Shown here: in pieces, positions 60,301 through 64,000 of the stretch
Layout of the letters: every line of letters starts with the position of its first letter
Numbering within the stretch: the first letter of the stretch is position 1
NCBI RefSeq assembly: GCF_018350175.1
Contig: NC_058382.1
Span: 42,532,001 to 42,596,000 of the forward strand
Direction: 5' to 3'
Source: Felis catus
Taxonomy: Eukaryota
DNA: 64,000 nt
Made by a program: the position numbers and the translations under genes
The notes under the pieces: model-generated
Databases searched by the model: none
The model's input: only the letters and a program-made list of their open reading frames with translations
Told to the model about the DNA's origin: nothing

Positions 60301-63300
60301 ACAGACGCAGGTCCCCGGGTTCCCATGAGTGCATCCTCCACTGCACACACACCTATGCAGATTTGTGTGTACAGGTACATGCCGGTGCACAGACTTGCCC
60401 TTACCCTGCAAAGGGTACTACTCCATCCAGGGGTAGCACTGATGAGAAAACCAAGCCAGCAGAGCGGGCAACGCTGAGAGTAGGGATACTCAACCAATCC
60501 GTGGTGGGCCAGAAAGATAACCCAGCACCTCCTGCCTCCCTACCTACCCCCAGAGCTCTATCCCCTGAACAGAATGCATCATCCGCCTTATGGGCAAGGC
60601 TGGGGCCACAGACCAAGCCTGGGAGTCAGGGGCCTGGGTTGGAGACTCGGGCGACCACTGACCTGGAGTGTGCCTGGAGTGTAGGTGTAAGGTCAGGTAC
60701 ACCCTGTGGGACACATGTTAGGGAGGTGAGCTGGGACCACATAACACAGGGCTTTACCCGCCACAGTAATAATACTCAAACGCTCAAGCACTTTCTGTGT
60801 GTCAAACACTCTTCCAAGCACTGTATGTATATTCATTCAATTCCCTCAACAGTCCAGAAATAGAAGCATCCTCTTTCTACAGTTCTACCAAAAGAGAAGT
60901 TTTCTCCATTGTGCAGATGGATAAATTGAAGTCCAGAAAAGTTAAGCAGCTTTATTCAAAATACATTGGAGAACAGGGAAAGATTTGAAGCAGAGAAGTG
61001 ACACAGCCAGAAGTGCATTTAGAGAGATGGCTCAGTGTGCTGGAACTGAGTTAGGAAGAAGCAGGAGGAGAGGCCTGGAGGCCATCTGGGAGTGGAGGTG
61101 GGGTATATCTTAGAAGAGAGGATGAGGTCTGCCTCTGAAACAAAAGCAAGAAGACTGGAAAGTAGAAGGTAGCTGAAGAGGGATGCAGGAAGCCAGATGG
61201 ACAGGACTAGGGCAGCTGGGTGGAGGCGTGAGCAGAGATGATAGGAAAGGCCCCTGGGACTGGATGGATGGTGTAATGTGAGGGATGCCACTCAGATGGG
61301 AACCAGCTAGAACAAGTTTGGGCCACATGAAGTCTGAAGTGTCCAAGAGACAAGATGAGGGATCCCAGTTATAGTTGCTCTTCCAACTTGGGCAGCAAAG
61401 AAAGTTAAGAACTGTCAATACAGGTTAAAGGGGCCATAGGAACCAACACCCCCTCCCCCCCCCCATTTCTAACCCAGAAGCATAGAGAGTCTCTTTCCTA
61501 CACCAGCAGAACCCTTCCCACAAGCTCAGATCCCCTCTGGAACTGCTGGGGCCCATTGCAGGGGCCAGGATAGGGGGGCCCACAGGCATGAAGGCACCGG
61601 CTGTAGGTCCAGGACTCTAACCCAGGACTCTTGACTCCCTCCCAAGCTGCCTGCACTCTTTGGGCCCCTTCACGCTGCCCAGCCCTAGCCAGAAAGGCAC
61701 CCAAAACTGCCCAAGTGACTTCTACTTGTGCCTCTCATGGGTACCACACTCCCCACCCCTGCAGATGATGTCACCCCTAGCCCGCGGTCTCTTTCATCGG
61801 GCCATTTCCCAGAGCGGCACCGCAGCACTCAGAGCCTTCATCACTCCTGACCCGCTGAAGGTGGCCAAGGTGGGTGTCTCCTCTCCCCCAGGGCTCAGCA
61901 AGAAGGGGCAGGATGGGCCTGAACACCTCTTCTCCACAGACAGTTGCCCGCCTGGCAGGCTGTACCTACAACAGCACACGGATTCTGGTAGACTGCCTGA
62001 GGGCACGATCAGGGGCTGAGGTGATGCATGTATCTAAGAAGATGGTAGGTAAAACTTCCTTCTAGCTCCTTCACCTGGCCACCTGTAAGCCACCTACCTG
62101 ACCTGATACCCGGCTGCCCCCAGGGACCCTGTCTAAGGAGCACAGTGGGGAGACTTTCTTTAACTCTAGTTCCCTCCTCTCCCCTACAGGGATTCTTCCA
62201 CCTGAACTCCCAGAAAGACCCTCAGGAGGTGAGCAGGCCCTGTTCTGTGATACAGTATTTATTGAACACCTCCTCCTATGTGCCAGGCATTCAGGATACT
62301 AAGTGAACTGTTCAGACCAAGATTCCTTCCGGAGTAGGACTGATGTTCCAGTGGAGACAGGCAGTAATCACTATACATAAATAACTCATTTACCTCTTTA
62401 GAAGGAAAGTGAATAGTGACAAATGGAGCAGGGTAAGTAAGGCATAGAATTTTAAATAGGAGGGACAAAGAAAGCTTCATTCAGAAGGTGACATTTAGCA
62501 AAGATTGTCAAGAGGTGAGGAAAGTAGATACCTGGGGGTGAGCATCTCCTGCCCTCCAAGGGGTCACTGAAGCCCAGCTTTTCCCAAAGGGCCTATGGAT
62601 AAAGAAATCTCTGGATGGGGACCTGCTGAGCTGGGAACCCTAGGCTACAGGGATCCTGGGAGGATATGTGGGAGGACTATTTGGAAATGCCCCTTGCCTT
62701 GTAGGTTGTGTGGTTCATGAGCCCGGTGGTGGATGGTGTGGTGTTCCCAGATGACCCAGCGGTGCTCCTGAGCCAGGGGCAAGTTGCACCTGTGCCCTAT
62801 CTTCTGGGTGTCAACAACCTGGAGTTCAGTTGGCTCTTACCTTTTGTAAGTCAATAGGAGGGGTGCCCACCCCAGCGGGAGTAGCAGAGGATTCCTCTTG
62901 GGTAGTACTGTGCATGAGATCGGATCCCATTGGCTCTTCTGGGGATGTCCAAGTGCTTGGGTACATCCTGCAGTCCCGGAGCAGTAAGAGCTGGCCAGAA
63001 ATGATGGGAGGAAGAGAAGTATTGGCCTCTTGGAGGTTTGAGGACCCCAAATCTTCAGATCATAGTTTGGATGGATCATCCTATCCACTGTTTAGCCTCC
63101 AAGCAGCTGCAAATCCTGCCCCCTATCCCCACCCCCACAACTGCTCCTAGGTCAGGATAGTTGTCCCCAGTCCCCACTTCAACTCTGACCTGGGTGGTAG
63201 TGATGGACAGGTTGAGAACAGGAGGGCAGGAAATAGTCATGGGCCCTTCCTGGGCTGTGTGCTCTGAGAACTCACCACTTAGATGGGTGAGAGCCTTGGA

Positions 63301-63964
63301 GCCTGGTGTAGCTCTGGCTGGAATCCCTCCTGATGTTTGGGCCTAACTCACACCTGGGTCCTTATATTGTGGGCAGATCATGAAGATCTCACTAAACCAG
63401 TTCACAATGAGAAAAGGAATCATCACCAAGCTGCTCTGGAGAACCAGTACCCTGTTGGTGAGGAGCCATGCTGTTAGGGGTGCTCAGTTTGGTTGGACAA
63501 AGCTAACTCCCCTTTTGGTGGGGCTTGGAGTTTGGTATGGGATCAGATGGCTGCTGGTGAGCAGGTTCCCCCCACCCCCCACCCCCCCCACCCCCCCGCC
63601 ACCGCACTGGCCTCAGGATCATGGCAGGCAGTTCTCATGCAGTCTAAACACAGGGGTAAGAATCAGCAAAGATCTTCCCAGAAGTTTCCCTCTCTCCCCC
63701 ACTCTCCCAGACCAAAAACTCCTGAGGATGCTGAGTGTAAGTCACTAGTGTGTGCATTTCTGCTCATCTGGCACCCCAGGCCTCAGGGTGGGTATGAATT
63801 CCCCACCCAGAATATCACCAAAGAGCAGTTACCACTGGTGATAGAGGAGTACCTGGGTGACATTGATGACCGTGACTGGAAAATGTTAAGAAACCGTTTA
63901 ATGGACCTAGCTGGGGATGCGATCTTTGTGTACTCCACACTACAGGCTGCCCACCACCACAGAG
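52967..63964 (+). CDS. CES4A: Carboxylesterase 4A, exons 1-11; continues beyond the right edge
   Basis: Exons 52967-53024, 56720-56921, 59444-59585, 59666-59799, 60119-60272, 61765-61869, 61940-62044, 62190-62228, 62705-62845, 63377-63457, 63811-63964, open frame throughout. [30 protein letters not shown] and NNLEF match recalled CES4A. Confidence 0.96.
53475..53683 (-). mobile_element. Can-SINE
   Basis: TSD taagtgcatttaaattt. Confidence 0.9.
54050..54263 (-). mobile_element. Young Can-SINE (SINEC_Fc)
   Basis: CpG-rich, near-consensus; TSD taaaaacttttaa. Confidence 0.93.
54285..54509 (+). mobile_element. Can-SINE
   Basis: Head gggggtacctgggtggc; (TAAA)n tail. Confidence 0.9.
54744..54947 (+). 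mobile_element. Can-SINE
   Basis: TSD aagaaggtggaat. Confidence 0.9.
57244..57331. repeat. Compound (CT/CTGT)n-(CA)n microsatellite
   Basis: Directly visible. Confidence 0.9.
57477..57666 (-). mobile_element. Can-SINE
   Basis: TSD gtcccagaat. Confidence 0.85.
57890..58250. repeat. Decayed ~22-bp minisatellite
   Basis: AGAACA-like hexamers recur at 57956, 57976, 57997, 58020, 58041, 58101, 58123, 58146, 58169, 58191. Confidence 0.6.
59247..60299. repeat. Perfect 28-bp inverted repeat (arms 59247-59274 and 60272-60299)
   Basis: ctgggtctgacctggcgctgcactcacc is the exact reverse complement of ggtgagtgcagcgccaggtcagacccag. Confidence 0.95.
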
Positions 63965-64000
63965 GTATGTGGGGTCCCCAAGAGTGGGCACACTCTGTCT

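Overview
Mammalian genomic DNA, almost certainly from a felid (abundant SINEC_Fc-type carnivore SINEs), in a draft assembly with three N gaps. The gene order matches the conserved CDH16-RRAD-CIAO2B-CES2-CES3-CES4A cluster. Minus strand: the 5' part of CDH16 (Ksp-cadherin, runs off the left edge), complete RRAD (308 aa), and complete CIAO2B/FAM96B (163 aa, with an AT-AC minor-spliceosome intron). Plus strand: intact CES2 (556 aa, ends HTEL), CES3 as a unitary pseudogene (four independent disabling lesions plus a damaged GxSxG motif), and the first 11 exons of CES4A. Structure the gene models do not explain: (1) a perfect 28-bp inverted repeat that brackets CES4A exons 3-5 and covers the exon-5 splice donor; (2) a ~460-bp inverted copy of the CES2 promoter inside CES2 intron 1, bracketing exon 1; (3) a betaretrovirus-like solo LTR with a 6-bp TSD and a 93-bp terminal tandem duplication carrying two AP-1 sites; (4) a tail-less 7SK retrocopy; (5) a p53-like element ~3 kb upstream of RRAD; (6) tightly spaced inverted SINE pairs; (7) a decayed ~22-bp AGAACA minisatellite. 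Exon boundaries were derived by hand. Gene identities rest on recalled orthologue protein sequences, not on a database search.
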